A stretch of 64,000 nucleotides of DNA from Convolutriloba macropyga (lineage: Eukaryota). A program made the translations under genes and the position numbers. The stretch covers positions 6,386,001-6,450,000 of the forward strand of contig NC_134469.1 in assembly GCF_964194025.1 (NCBI RefSeq). Reading direction: 5' to 3'. Under the pieces are notes generated by a model, which saw nothing but the letters and a program-made list of their open reading frames with translations, was not told the DNA's origin and did no database searches. Below are positions 53,604 to 64,000 of the stretch, one piece after another. How positions within the stretch are numbered: the stretch's first letter is position 1; every line of letters begins with the position of its first letter.

Positions 53604-54116
53604 TGTCGTGGTCTCGAGCCCGAGTTACAAGAATTTTATTTTTTTAACAATTGAATTCAAAATGGCCTAAATGTACAAAATTTCACAGGTATTTATAGTC
53701 CGTATCAGTATGAAATTTTACAGATCCGTCTACATATAGATAAATTGATATGGGTTAATTTACACCTTAGTTATGAACAAGTTTTTCCCCTTGCCGAATA
53801 TGGCAAGTACTAGTGCAGTTTTTTGCACTTAACACATTGTTCTCCCTACCTGAGAACATGTCATTTCTATCTACTGGGAGGGTGGAGAGTTGGTTTCTGA
53901 TCATATCTGGCGGTGGGAAGGTCGAATCTATCACACAATTTTATGGTTTATGTACACTGATGAACTTGTGGCATGAACAAGTTTGAATCGACGATTCGGT
54001 TCAAATTGGAAGCCATTATTCAATTTCACTTCACCAAACATCATGTAAGAAAATTTTCTTTATATATCGAAGTTTTAACTTAAGTTGCTAAGTTCACCAC
54101 TTCTCGATATATCACA
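53604..54116 (-). repeat. Gypsy 3' LTR (513 bp)
   Basis: tgtcgtggtctcgagc...ctcgatatatcaca. Confidence 0.95.
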
Positions 54117-54134
54117 TCCTGCCTCCTTTTTTAA

Positions 54135-57100
54135 GCAAGTTTGTGGGAATAGCTTCTCCAAATCTTTCTGGTTGTTTTTGATTTCTGCTTGAAGTTCTCG
54201 TGGCCACTGAAGGTTGTTCCCCTTCAACTACTGAGGTTTCTTCAGTAGAGTTGGGTGATGCCACGTCTATGTCGTCCCTACTGCTCTCAGGTTGTGAGTC
54301 AGTGTACTCAGTGTTGATGTAGTCAGGTTCCAGCTGTCACTAACAAGCACTGTCTTGTTTGTCCAGCTGAATGAACGAAGTGTTCATTCGTTTACGGATA
54401 ATGAAAGTAGCTGGAACCGTTGGTGAACTGTTCGTCGGTTTGAAGAGGACTCGATCACACAGATCAAAATCAGTGACTGCCGAAAGTCTTACTTTGCGTC
54501 CCAGTAGCAGTTCTACAGGAGTTTTGCCCCGCGTCATGGAAGTGTTCCACTGTGTCATCAAAGCCCGCTGTAGGAAAGCGCCAAATGACACATTCAGATT
54601 TGGACTCCAGGCTTGAATAGCCCGTTTCACTGTTTGGACCTCTCGATCAGCAATCCCATTTGCTCTTGGATGGTAGATGGGAGATTCCATCTTTTTATTC
54701 CCCAATGATTCACACCATTGCTTTAGGTCACTGCTCACAAACTCAAGACTATTGTCTGATAGTAATATTCTTGGTATCCCAAATCTTGAAAAGACTTTAC
54801 TCAAGTGCACCTTCACTGTTTGTGAGGTTCTATTTTCCGCAGGGAAGGCTTCTATCTAACCTGATCCCGCGTCTACTATCACTAAGATATTACCTTGATC
54901 CTTAACGTAGCCCCAGTCTATGTGGAGTCTTTCCCAAACTTCAGCTTCCGGCAAAGTACATACTGTTTTCCCAAGGCTAGGCCTGTTTTCTTGGCATTCC
55001 CTACACTTACTAACATATCGAAAAACATCTTGACTGATGCCGGGCTACCAAGCCATCATTCGAACTGCTGTTTTTGTTGCATTTTTGCCTGCGTGAATCT
55101 CATGACCTTTGGCCATTATCATGGGTCTTAGTACGGGTGGAATGAAAGGCAGAACTCCTCGTAAGATGATTCCAATGTGATTGGTCAAGGCGTCTTTCTG
55201 TTGTTCAAATCCTTTCTCTGCTTCTGAGCACTGTTTCCAGATGCCGCTTTTTATTAGTTTGATGACAACTTGAAAGAGTCGATTCAATCCCAGCTCAGTT
55301 TTGATGTCTGACTGGGTCACCAGGTCGGATTGGACGAAGTAGATATTGTCAAGAGCAAAGCGGACTCGATCACTGATATCGTCGCCGTCAAATTCCAGTC
55401 TGCTCAAAGAATCAGCGTGGGGGATCTGTTCTCCGGGTGTATATTTCAATTCGAAGTCATGTCCCATCAGCGCTATCGCCCATCTCGTAATTCTTGCTGA
55501 TGCTTTTTTCGAAATTTCTTCGTCTGTGGCGAAGAGATATTTGAGAGGTTTGTGGTCACTATGTAGAGTTAACTTTCCTCCGAGTAGGAATTGTTTCAAT
55601 CTTTTGACCAGAAAGACGATTGCAAGCGCCTCTCGCTCAAAATTGGAGTAATTTTTTTCGGCTTGTGACAACTTCCTTGAGACGTAGATCACAGGATGTC
55701 CTGCATGCGAGAGTAACCCGCCTATAGCTTTCTCTGAGGCATCTGTTGTCAAGGTTGCTTCCTTCGTCAAGCTGCAAGGCTGTACAGGTTAGCACATAAC
55801 TCGTTTTTAATATTTTCAAAAGAATTTGGTTCTTCTTTTTCCCATCTGAATTCTTCTTTCCGAAATTCATTTAGAGGTAGCATTTTTGTTGCAAAATCCG
55901 GTATCATTCGACCATAAAAATTTGCTAAGCTGACAAAGGACTCGAGTTGCTTCATATTTGATGGCGGCTTTGCATTTTTGATTTTCTCAACATGTTTAGG
56001 ATCGGGTGCTATTCTTTCTTTGGAAACAGAGTAACCAAGAAAACTTACGCTTGAAACTGGTTTTGAGTTGGATTTCTTCTCATTGATGGTGAAATTTATT
56101 TTCACATAGCCATCTCATGACGTAGCCAACTCGTAGCCGTTTCTTGTATTGATCCTTTGTTGTTCCATATACCAGGACGTCGTCTTGGAAGATGACCAAA
56201 CCCTTGATTCCTTTGAGAGTTGACTCAATGCAATTCTGGAAGATTGATGAAGAGTTCTTTAGGCCCTGAGGAAGCCTGCTCAACTTCAACAATCCTTGCG
56301 ATGTGTTGATTGAGCATATTTCTTTTGCATGTCCGTCGAGCCCAATTTGATAGCAAGCGTCTGATAAGTCAATTTTTCCAAACTAAGAGGCCCCATGTAG
56401 ATTATGGAAAATGGTATCCTTGTCTGGGATTGGATAGTCCTCGTCCACAACTTTGCAATTGATGTGAACTTTCAGGTCCACGCGTAGTCTCAGAGCTCCA
56501 TTTTTTCCGCTGCCACACTACGGGTGATGCATTTGTGACATCATCATGTTGTACTGGCTCCAGGATGCCCTGTGGTACCATTGTCTGGAGCTTCTCTTTG
56601 ACCCTTTCTTAAAGAGGTAGAGGTATCTTTCTGGCTTGGCAGAACATTGGCTGTGATCCCTGTATGAGTTTCACATGCGCTTTGTATCCTTTGACTGCAG
56701 GTAGTCTTTCATCACTCACTGCCTTCTTGGGGTAGTATGTGTCTCCAAAGTAGCCCAAATTTTTTGTCGGATTGCACAAATGCTAGTTGTTGTCTATACG
56801 TGCTTCCGTTCCACTCAACATCACATGTTAGTGATCCCAGAAGCTTCAGTTGATGACCGTCATAGGCCTCACGACGTCTGACTTTCCCATTTAACTGAGG
56901 TTTACCAAGCTCAGTCCAAACTAAAGAAGATATCACGGTGCTATCAGCACCAGTATCAACTTGCAATTTTAATTTATGGTCTTTTACTGTAAGGTAGTCC
57001 AATGTCAAGGACATGTTAAACACGTTTTCCCGTGTAAAGTACAATCCCATCTCCATTTCTTATGATATTTGACCAGACAACTTACCCTCTTCCTCGCAGA

Positions 57101-57947
57101 AATTGTTGTGGTGGTCAGACTTACCAGACTAAGGCCTGGTTTTACTTCTGCACATTTTTGAAAAGTGCCCCACCTTTTCACAGGTGTTACATTTCCTGTT
57201 CGAGGCCAGACATGGCTTGCTACTGTGTGGCTTACCTCCACATCTATTACACAAAATATCATTGCCTTTAATGCAAGTGAATTTTTCACTAGGTTTTCTG
57301 AAGGACTTTTTGAAGTTGTTTCCCACTTCTTTTTGTATTACAAATGGTCTATTATCTGTTGAGGAACTGGCAAAAGCCAATACTTGACTTCTGAACTGTA
57401 AGCTTTCTGTCATTTCAGACAGAGACATCGTTGGCTTAGTTTTAGTGCCATCTTATAGTCTTCATTTGGCCTCAGGGTCTCTCAGGCCTGAGAAAAGTCT
57501 AAATTTTACCAACACTTCCTCAGGGTTGGTTACTTTTTTAAGTTTTTCGAAGTCACAATAACGTGCTTCTTCTCTGAGGCGCGCTACAAAATAGTAGTCA
57601 GATTCTACAACGCCTTGGACATTGGACAGAAATTTAGCCCTTTCTGCCGTTTCTACTCTTTCTTTAGAGGAAGTATAGTTTTGAATAGCTTGTGTGATCT
57701 CTTTAAAAGGAGTATCTAACAATTTTTTAGGGCTCATAAGGCTCCTAAGTTTAAGAAGTGAGTCCTGGCCACATATTTTAAGAAAGAGGTTTTTTACCTG
57801 TAGATCCACGATCGTACCGTCGGTGTTGACATTATCTTCTTTCTTCTCTGCGCAAAATTTTTCCACAAAAGACATGATCCATGCAGTACAGGATTCAGAA
57901 TTCTGCAGATCCAAGGTTTTTGGGTCGTTTGGTGGTCTGGACACCAT
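54135..57947 (-). pseudogene. Gypsy gag-pol, multiply disrupted
   Basis: ORF fragments 57462-57947, 57129-57428, 56712-57056, 56080-56292, 55767-56105, 55045-55770 and 54340-54816. Confidence 0.93.
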
Positions 57948-58454
57948 TGTCGTGGTCTCGAGCACGAGTAACAAGAACTTTATTATTTTACCAATTGAAA
58001 TCAAAATGGCCTAAATGTACAAAATTTCACAGGTATTTATAGTCCGTATCAGTATGAAAATTTACAGATCCGTCTAGATATAGATAAATGGATGTGGGTT
58101 AATTTACAACTTAGTTGTAAACAAGTTTTCCACCTTGCTGTATATGGCAAGTACTGGTGCAGTTTTTGCACTTAACACATTGCTCTCCCTACCTGATGTG
58201 ATTTCTATCTACTGGGAGGGTCGGAGAGTTGGTTTCTGATCATATCAGGTGGTGTGAATGCCAAATCTATCACACAAATTTATGGTTTATGTACACTGAT
58301 AAACTTGTGGTATGAACAAATTTGAATCGACGATTTGGTTAAAATTATAAGCCATTATTCAATTTCCCTTCACCAAACATCAGATAAAATGTTTTCTTTA
58401 TATATCGAAGTTTTATTTTAAGTTGCTAAGTTCGCCACTTCTCGATATATCACA
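57948..58454 (-). repeat. Gypsy 5' LTR (507 bp)
   Basis: Matches 53604-54116; followed on the minus strand by a-TGGTGTCCAGACC at the PBS position. Confidence 0.95.
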
Positions 58455-58609
58455 GAACGAAAAATTGTTCGCTGTATTGCTTAGTCGAAAATCAGTATTA
58501 AGTTAAATAGATTATGCCTGAGACTAAATCAAGTTTTTTTACCTCTTCAGTACATATACAGAAAATACTTGATATCAGATATTCTTTAAAAAATGCTCGA
58601 TATCAGTTC

Positions 58610-58790
58610 TCGGCAAGTTAGGAAAATTATTTCCGAAATAACTACCGGAAAAGTTTGGAAAAATCTGCAGAAATAACTACCAAAAAAGTTCGGAAAAATT
58701 TTCCGAAATAACTGCCAAAAAATTTGGGGAAATTATTCCGAAATAACTACCGAAAACGTTTGGAAAATTATGCCGAAATAACTGCCAAAT
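58610..58790. repeat. ~35-bp minisatellite x~5
   Basis: gaaataact(a/g)cc...ggaaaa units. Confidence 0.9.
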
Positions 58791-59353
58791 ACCTACCATA
58801 GAAAAATACGTATTTTAGGTTTTTGAGTTTGCAATAACTTATTTTTTGTCGCGACTTTTTTCTTCTCATATCAGTCCTTCATCGCAATCAATTTCTTTTA
58901 TCCGATAAAAACTTCTATTCCAGCCAGCAAACGTAGATGACAGCAACAAAGTTGAAACAAAAGAAGAGCATTTCTTAGATTGAGGAAACCTCGATCAAGT
59001 TTATGGATCTATTCGGTTTCGCCCCTCTTCCCCCCCCCCCCCCCCAAGCTTAGTTAGCATATAACAATTTTTGTCGCGAGGAAGGATTTTAAAAATTTTG
59101 GCAAACTGGGGGAAGGCGCTACAATAATTAAAAAACCCAATGAACCAAATAATGTTATTATAAATTGGTCTTTTTCAAATGCCAGCCCCCGTTAAAATAT
59201 GCACACATAAATATATCACACTCTTCCGAGCATCAAACTTGGGCCCCGCTATAAAGAGCATCAAAGTTGAGTCGAGGTAAAGTCGAACAGCAAAATTATG
59301 GGTCTAACTGAGGTCCCGCACCGAATTTTTGTGTACAGCAACGAGCTCAAGTC

Positions 59354-59488
59354 GGGTTTTTCCCATTATAGCCCCCCCCCCCCCCGCTTAGTGGTCAGAT
59401 AACCTATAGCCCCCCCCCCCAAACATGGTAATTATACCATAATGGGGGTGGGCTATAATTTGATGGGGGGCTATAATGGGAAAGACCC
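59354..59488. mobile_element. 135-bp MITE, family M2 (Merlin-like)
   Basis: TIRs gggtttttcccattatagcccccc / ggggggctataatgggaaagaccc; perfect 8-bp TSD ctcaagtc at 59346-59353 and 59489-59496. Confidence 0.88.
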
Positions 59489-59549
59489 CTCAAGTCCAGC
59501 TGTGCGCTGAAGCAGAGTTACAGTCTTTTGATGGACTATTTGAGTCGAG

Positions 59550-59688
59550 GGGCTTTCTCCATTATGCCCCCACCTTAGTAGTGGTCAGATAACCTATAGC
59601 CACCCCAATCATGGTAAACATACCATAATGGGGGTCTATAATTTCGTAATTTCGTGGGGAGAGGTGCTATTTTGGGAAAAAAATCCCC
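59550..59688. mobile_element. MITE family M2, older copy
   Basis: Same internal tagtggtcagataacctatagcc...catggta..ataccataatggggg; gtcgag on both flanks. Confidence 0.75.
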
Positions 59689-60156
59689 GTCGAGCATGGC
59701 TCCTCATAAGTGGCGGCCTAAACCTGGGTATAATTACGGTAATAGCTGAATCCAGATTAAGATATCTCCACTAAACTGGGGCGCTACCATGGTGAAAAAC
59801 TTAAAAATTTATGTCATTTTTCCCAAATTAGTATAATTTGGCGGTCATTTCTCATTTAAATTATAGTTGGAACTAAGCACGTGCGTATGTACCTAATGTG
59901 ACTAAAAATGCCAACAGTTTATAGTGTAATCTAAATTCAGAGTATTCATTCACAAAATGACATAACTGACTTCAAAACAGTTATTATTAATTGAGCTTAT
60001 TATAAAATTGTGAGTGTTATCAATTTTGATGCAGTTATTGCGGTGATACCTCGGTCGAAAACAAATGCTAATTGGTTGCAAGATCTCAAAAACTTTTTTC
60101 AAAACGTTTGTTGTTTTACATGATAAACCTTTTTCGACTCTTTCATTGAAAACACC

Positions 60157-60335
60157 CGATCTGACCCCCCCCCCCCCACCCCAATTTTTCATGTCCCCTC
60201 TGTCGCAATTTTTATGTTGTTATGTATAGCACGTTACTATGTAAAAATAGCACGTGCGCCTGGGGCGCAAAAGTTATATGCCCACTAATCTGGAGGCTTT
60301 GGGGGGGTGGAGGGGAGGTGAAACAGAATAGACCC
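60157..60335. mobile_element. MITE family M1, diverged copy
   Basis: atagcacgttactatgtaaaaatagcacgtgcgcctgggg core and gaaacagaatagaccc end; reverse match to 63576-63732. Confidence 0.7.
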
Positions 60336-60785
60336 AAAACCCTTACTTTGTTGGAGTGGAACCTCCGGCCCCAAATACCGAAATTATGCTTTTTCCCAAA
60401 AAATTTGGGCGATTCCCATTATATCCCCAGAGCTTGGTCATTTGGTCATGTAAATTATAAAATTATAGCCATCACCCCCCCCCCCCCCCCAATACACGAT
60501 GATTAGGGCTAAAGTTTCGTGACGTGCGGGGAGGGTATAGTCGGTAAGCTTCATAAAATATACCCCCCTACAGTACCTATACCATAAAGGCGCTATGATT
60601 TCGTGAAGACACGGCATTTTTTAATGTTTTTTCCAAGAATATTTCAGTTATGCAAAAGCAAAATATTGTGAGATCTTGCACGACGGATAACTTCTGTTTT
60701 CAACTATAGCTATTCATTCATCATTATGATCTGAACATATTTACCCAATCTTTACGCGACAGGTTAACTGTTTTGATGGCTTAAA

Positions 60786-60918
60786 ATGCCCAAGAAGTTG
60801 AAAGCCCCCAAGAATTCCTTCGACAATGGTTCCCGTGCCAGCACGAACCTGGAACTCAACCCACCCAAATACAAACCCACTGAAGTTTATGTCCGACTCA
60901 TCAGCGGGCAGAACTTAG
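60786..60918 (+). CDS. C2-domain protein, first coding exon (not in the ORF track)
   Basis: MPKKLKAPKNSFDNGSRASTNLELNPPKYKPTEVYVRLISGQNL ends in a C2 beta-1-like strand (VxVRLISGQNL). Third positions are C-rich against an AT-rich background. Upstream CAG acceptor at 60760-60762. Requires a phase-1 GC donor at 60919. Confidence 0.68.
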
Positions 60919-61123
60919 GCATCTGCTTCCCTCGAAAAATCATTTGCTAGTGATTCAGTAATTTGCTATGGTCGCGCAGGATATAAGAGGAGCTGAAGGT
61001 GCTGACGGGTACCCAGTTGTTAGGACTCAACTTATCAAAGGACACAAAAAGTCTAGTAGAAGAGGCCTTTCTTAACAAAATTACGTAGTCGAGATTGCTA
61101 CTCAAAGTTGTGGAAAAAGCTTT

Positions 61124-61293
61124 GGATCTTTTCCGTTTGTGCCCCCCCCCCCCAGTACGTTATGCACCCCCCGTTACAGAGCACGTGTCATGACATAGTA
61201 ATTTTTATGTGAAAATATGGCACGTGCGTCTGGGGGTGCAAATAATATGCTGGTGGTGGTGGGGGGGGGGGGGAGCACAGAAAGAAAATATCC
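61124..61293. mobile_element. MITE family M1 copy
   Basis: ggatcttttccgtttgtgcccccc left TIR; internal sequence is the reverse of 61600-61760. Confidence 0.8.
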
Positions 61294-61599
61294 TAGTCGA
61301 GATTGCTACTTATAGTCGAGAAACAATTTTTTCATGCGTTGAGCAGAAACCTATCGGTCGAGCATGTTCAATTGATGGGTCAAAAAATTGGGTCTCTCCC
61401 CTTATAGCCCTCCCCCCCCCACAGCTTAGTGGTCAGATAAAGCCCCATCCATTCTGCCTTGTGGTCATATAATATATCATAGCGTAGTCAGAAAGTACGC
61501 ACACCTATTGCAGTTCTGAAGAACCTCTAATGAATGAAAAATCTGCGTCGTTTTTAAAATAGTGTTTCAAAATTTTGGGCGAACTGAATGAATATTTTC

Positions 61600-61760
61600 G
61601 GATCTTTTCCGTTTGTGCCCCCCCAGCTTAGTGGGTGCATATTATTTGCAACCCCCAGACGCACGTGCAATATTTTTACATAATGATTTACTATGTAATG
61701 ACACGTGCTCTGTCACTGGGGGGAGCATAACGTACTGGGGGGCACAAACGGAAAAGATCC
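61600..61760. mobile_element. 161-bp MITE, family M1 (Merlin-like)
   Basis: TIRs ggatcttttccgtttgtgcccccc / ggggggcacaaacggaaaagatcc; perfect 8-bp TSD atattttc. The empty site is visible in the right palindrome arm (~62826-62838). Confidence 0.92.
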
Positions 61761-62033
61761 ATATTTTCATCACATCTTATGGAAGAAGGCCACCACTAAT
61801 ATTAAGCTCGCTAGTTTGTTCAATCAAATAATCTTAGTGGCCATATAGCTTTCACAGCCCCAGGCGCACGTTCTATTTTTTACAAAGTAACGTGCTATAT
61901 AAAAATTCAAAAATTGTAATTGGGATATTCTAAACAGAATAAATCCATATCTTTTCATAAATCTGTTTTTTTAATAAAAAATCTCGAGAAATTTTTTTGT
62001 TACTCTTTGCTTCTGTACATACTGAAGCAACAA

Positions 62034-62564
62034 TCCTAGTCGAGCTTACACGCCTATCTTGTGAGATTTTGTAAGAATCTTGCAAGACTCTTACAAGATC
62101 TTACAAGATAGGCATTAAATGCAAGACTCTTACAAGATAGGCACGTAATCTTGTAAGAGTCTTACAGGATAGGCGATTTCTCTTGCAAGAATCTTACAAG
62201 ATAGGTGTTTACAATGGAGCAGGACTATACAGCATTACACCAAGCGCAACAATCAATTTTAAACAGCAGCAAAAAATATGCCAAAAAATGTAAATGGTTC
62301 TTAGTCCAATTTTGTGGCATATTTTTTGCTGCTGTTTAAAATTGATTGTTGCGCTTGGTGTAATGCTGTATAGTCCTGCTCCATTGTAAACGCCTATCTT
62401 GTAAGATTCTTGCAAGAGAAATCGCCTATCTTGTAAGACTCTTACAAAATTACATGCCTATCTTGTAGGAGTCTTGCATTTAATGCCTATCTTGTAAGAT
62501 CTTGTAAGAGTCTTGCAAGATTCTTACAAGATCTCTTAAGATGGGCGTGTAAGCTCGACTAGGG
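62034..62564. mobile_element. Foldback-like core with cctagtcgagcttacacgcc ends and CTT(A/G)CAAGA subrepeats
   Basis: Near-perfect 530-bp hairpin with tandem 10-11 bp subterminal motifs like those in 51090-52235. Confidence 0.6.
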
Positions 62565-63575
62565 TTGTTGCTTCAGTATGTACAGAAGCAAAGAGTAACA
62601 AACAAATTTCTCGAGATTTTTTATTTAAAAAAACAGATTTATGAAAAGATATGGATTTATTCTGTTTAGCCGCCCAATTACAATTTTTGAATATTTACAT
62701 AGCACGTTACTTTGTAAAAAATAGAACGTTCGCCTGGGGCTGTGAAAGTTATATGCCCACTAAGATTATTTGATCGAACAAAATAGCCAGCTTAATTTAG
62801 TGGTGGCCTTCTTCCATAAGATTTGATGATAATATTCAGTCACTTCTCCCAAAACTTTGAAATGCTATTTAAAAAACGACGCAGAATTTTGATTTATTGG
62901 AGGTTCTTCAGAATTGCAAGAGATGAAGATGCGTACTTTCTGACTAAGTTATGACATATTATATGAGCGCAAGGCATAATGGAAGGGGTTGTGAAAGATC
63001 CCACACGAAAGGTACTGTGAAAGGTACTGTTTCAGCTCATAATGCATGCTATATTTTGAATATGGTGACCACAACATATGCTGTGGGTGTTATGTGGTGG
63101 GGGTGGGGTTGAAGCTAAAAATGAAAACGTGGGTTTTGATCAATTCTCTTGATATTAGGGGTCTATCCCATTACCCACCACAATACTGCTTTCACTGCTT
63201 TCATTCTTTGGGGGGTCTTAGATTTTAACAGTTTTTGACTTCTAAACAGGGTGAGACGCAATAGTAGCACGCTGTAAAGTAAATGAGTTCTAGTATTGTT
63301 TTCGGGACTCTCCCGTCTCTTGGGACTTTTATGTCTTATTGGTCCTTTGAGTCTGCCTACATTAATTTAACGGATCTATTCTGTTTCGCCCCTCCCCTCC
63401 CTCCCCCCCCCTACTGAGGCATTTTCTCAGTAGGCATAAGTACTAGAAGTTAGCTGGTGTAAGTTAACTTTTTCTAAGTAAAGGATTGTGTCCCTTTTTC
63501 TTTATTAATTAGTTAGGGCAGAAGGTCTTTAAGAAGAATTAAAGTCGCCTAGAGGGCTAACTTAGCGAAAAACCA

Positions 63576-63732
63576 GAATCTATTCTGTCCCCCCCCCCAG
63601 CTTAGTGAGCATAAATCTTTTATGACCCCCAGGCACACGTGCTATTTTCTTACATAGTAACGTGCTATATAACAACATAAAATTTGTAACTGGGGGCGTA
63701 AAAAACACTGGGGGCCGAAACAGAATAGATCC
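63576..63732. mobile_element. MITE family M1 copy
   Basis: gaatctattctgtcccccc...gggggccgaaacagaatagatcc. Partial copies also start at 59005 and 63372. Confidence 0.75.
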
Positions 63733-63818
63733 CAAATTAACAATAATATTATTGCTGCAGCAAAATAAATAATAATAATTGACTGAGGGAAATGGAAGCA
63801 CCTTTTCCACGTCTGCAG

Positions 63819-64000
63819 AGACTGATAGATCCCAGAAGAACATGTTCTTCTGTGTGTTCTACATCCACGATGGTACAAGCAAGTTCCGCATCAACAAGTC
63901 CACAACTAAGAGCTACCTCCAGACACCAGAAGTCCAGAGCAAGTCTGGCAACCCGAAATGGGACTGTTTCGAGGAGTTCCCTGTCAAGACGGAGAAAGAC
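63819..64000 (+). CDS. C2-domain protein, downstream exon (runs off the window)
   Basis: ttttccacgtctgcag acceptor with a ttgac branch-like site at 63779. Open frame (E)TDRSQKNMFFCVFYIHDGTSKFRINKSTTKSYLQTPEVQSKSGNPKWDCFEEFPVKTEKD resembles the C2 KT.....NP.W...F motif. Confidence 0.75.

Larger units (their letters stand above)
53604..58454 (-). mobile_element. Gypsy/Ty3 LTR retrotransposon, Mag-like, decayed (4.85 kb)
   Basis: LTRs at 53604-54116 and 57948-58454 (TG...CA, roughly 90% alike), perfect 5-bp TSD gaacg, PPT 54117-54132. Gag has a double CCHC (CNRCGGKPHSSKPC..CNTCEKVGHFSKMC); protease VDTGA, RT RLPQGL/FQDD, RNase H TTDAS/EREALA/SDHKPL, integrase SDNS/YHPRANGIADR. Confidence 0.95.
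61443..62988. repeat. ~1.5-kb inverted repeat (palindrome), axis ~62299, 19-nt loop
   Basis: Continuous reverse-complement match from the loop (62290-62308) out to ccccatccattctgccttg / caaggcataatggaagggg. Only the left arm is interrupted, by the MITE at 61600-61760. Confidence 0.95.

Noticed and set aside
60919-60926. U12-type intron at the GCATCT donor
   Set aside because: It does not match RTATCCTT, and no TCCTTAAC-like branch point precedes either candidate acceptor.
62209-62415. 68-aa ORF across the palindrome centre
   Set aside because: A by-product of the hairpin with no coding features.

Overview
AT-rich, repeat-dense eukaryotic DNA that looks like an invertebrate animal (not prokaryotic), with three assembly gaps. 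Host genes: a spliced class A GPCR on the minus strand (TM1-TM5 exons at 11934-12525 and 10527-10750; TM6/7 not found) and a C2-domain gene on the plus strand that the ORF track misses (ATG 60786, next large exon 63819 to past the window end). The C2 gene appears to need a GC donor. Mobile DNA: a decayed CRE-clade non-LTR remnant interrupted by a 1.9-kb local duplication; a full-length BEL/Pao LTR element (29025-39125) whose ~2250-codon gag-pol has six in-frame stops and whose 2.9-kb leader holds two kinds of tandem array; a CR1/L2-type LINE with an SGNH-esterase ORF1 and a 2A-like ribosome-skipping motif (DIETNPGP) before its endonuclease; a Mag-like Gypsy element (53604-58454); a cluster of GG-ended MITEs with 8-bp TSDs (Merlin-like); and a ~6-kb decayed multi-ORF tract of unknown origin. 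The most striking structure is a ~1.5-kb palindrome (61443-62988) inside the C2-gene intron. It is built around a foldback core, its arms carry MITE sequence, and arm identity falls away from the centre. All identities and family calls come from reading the sequence by eye; no searches were run.
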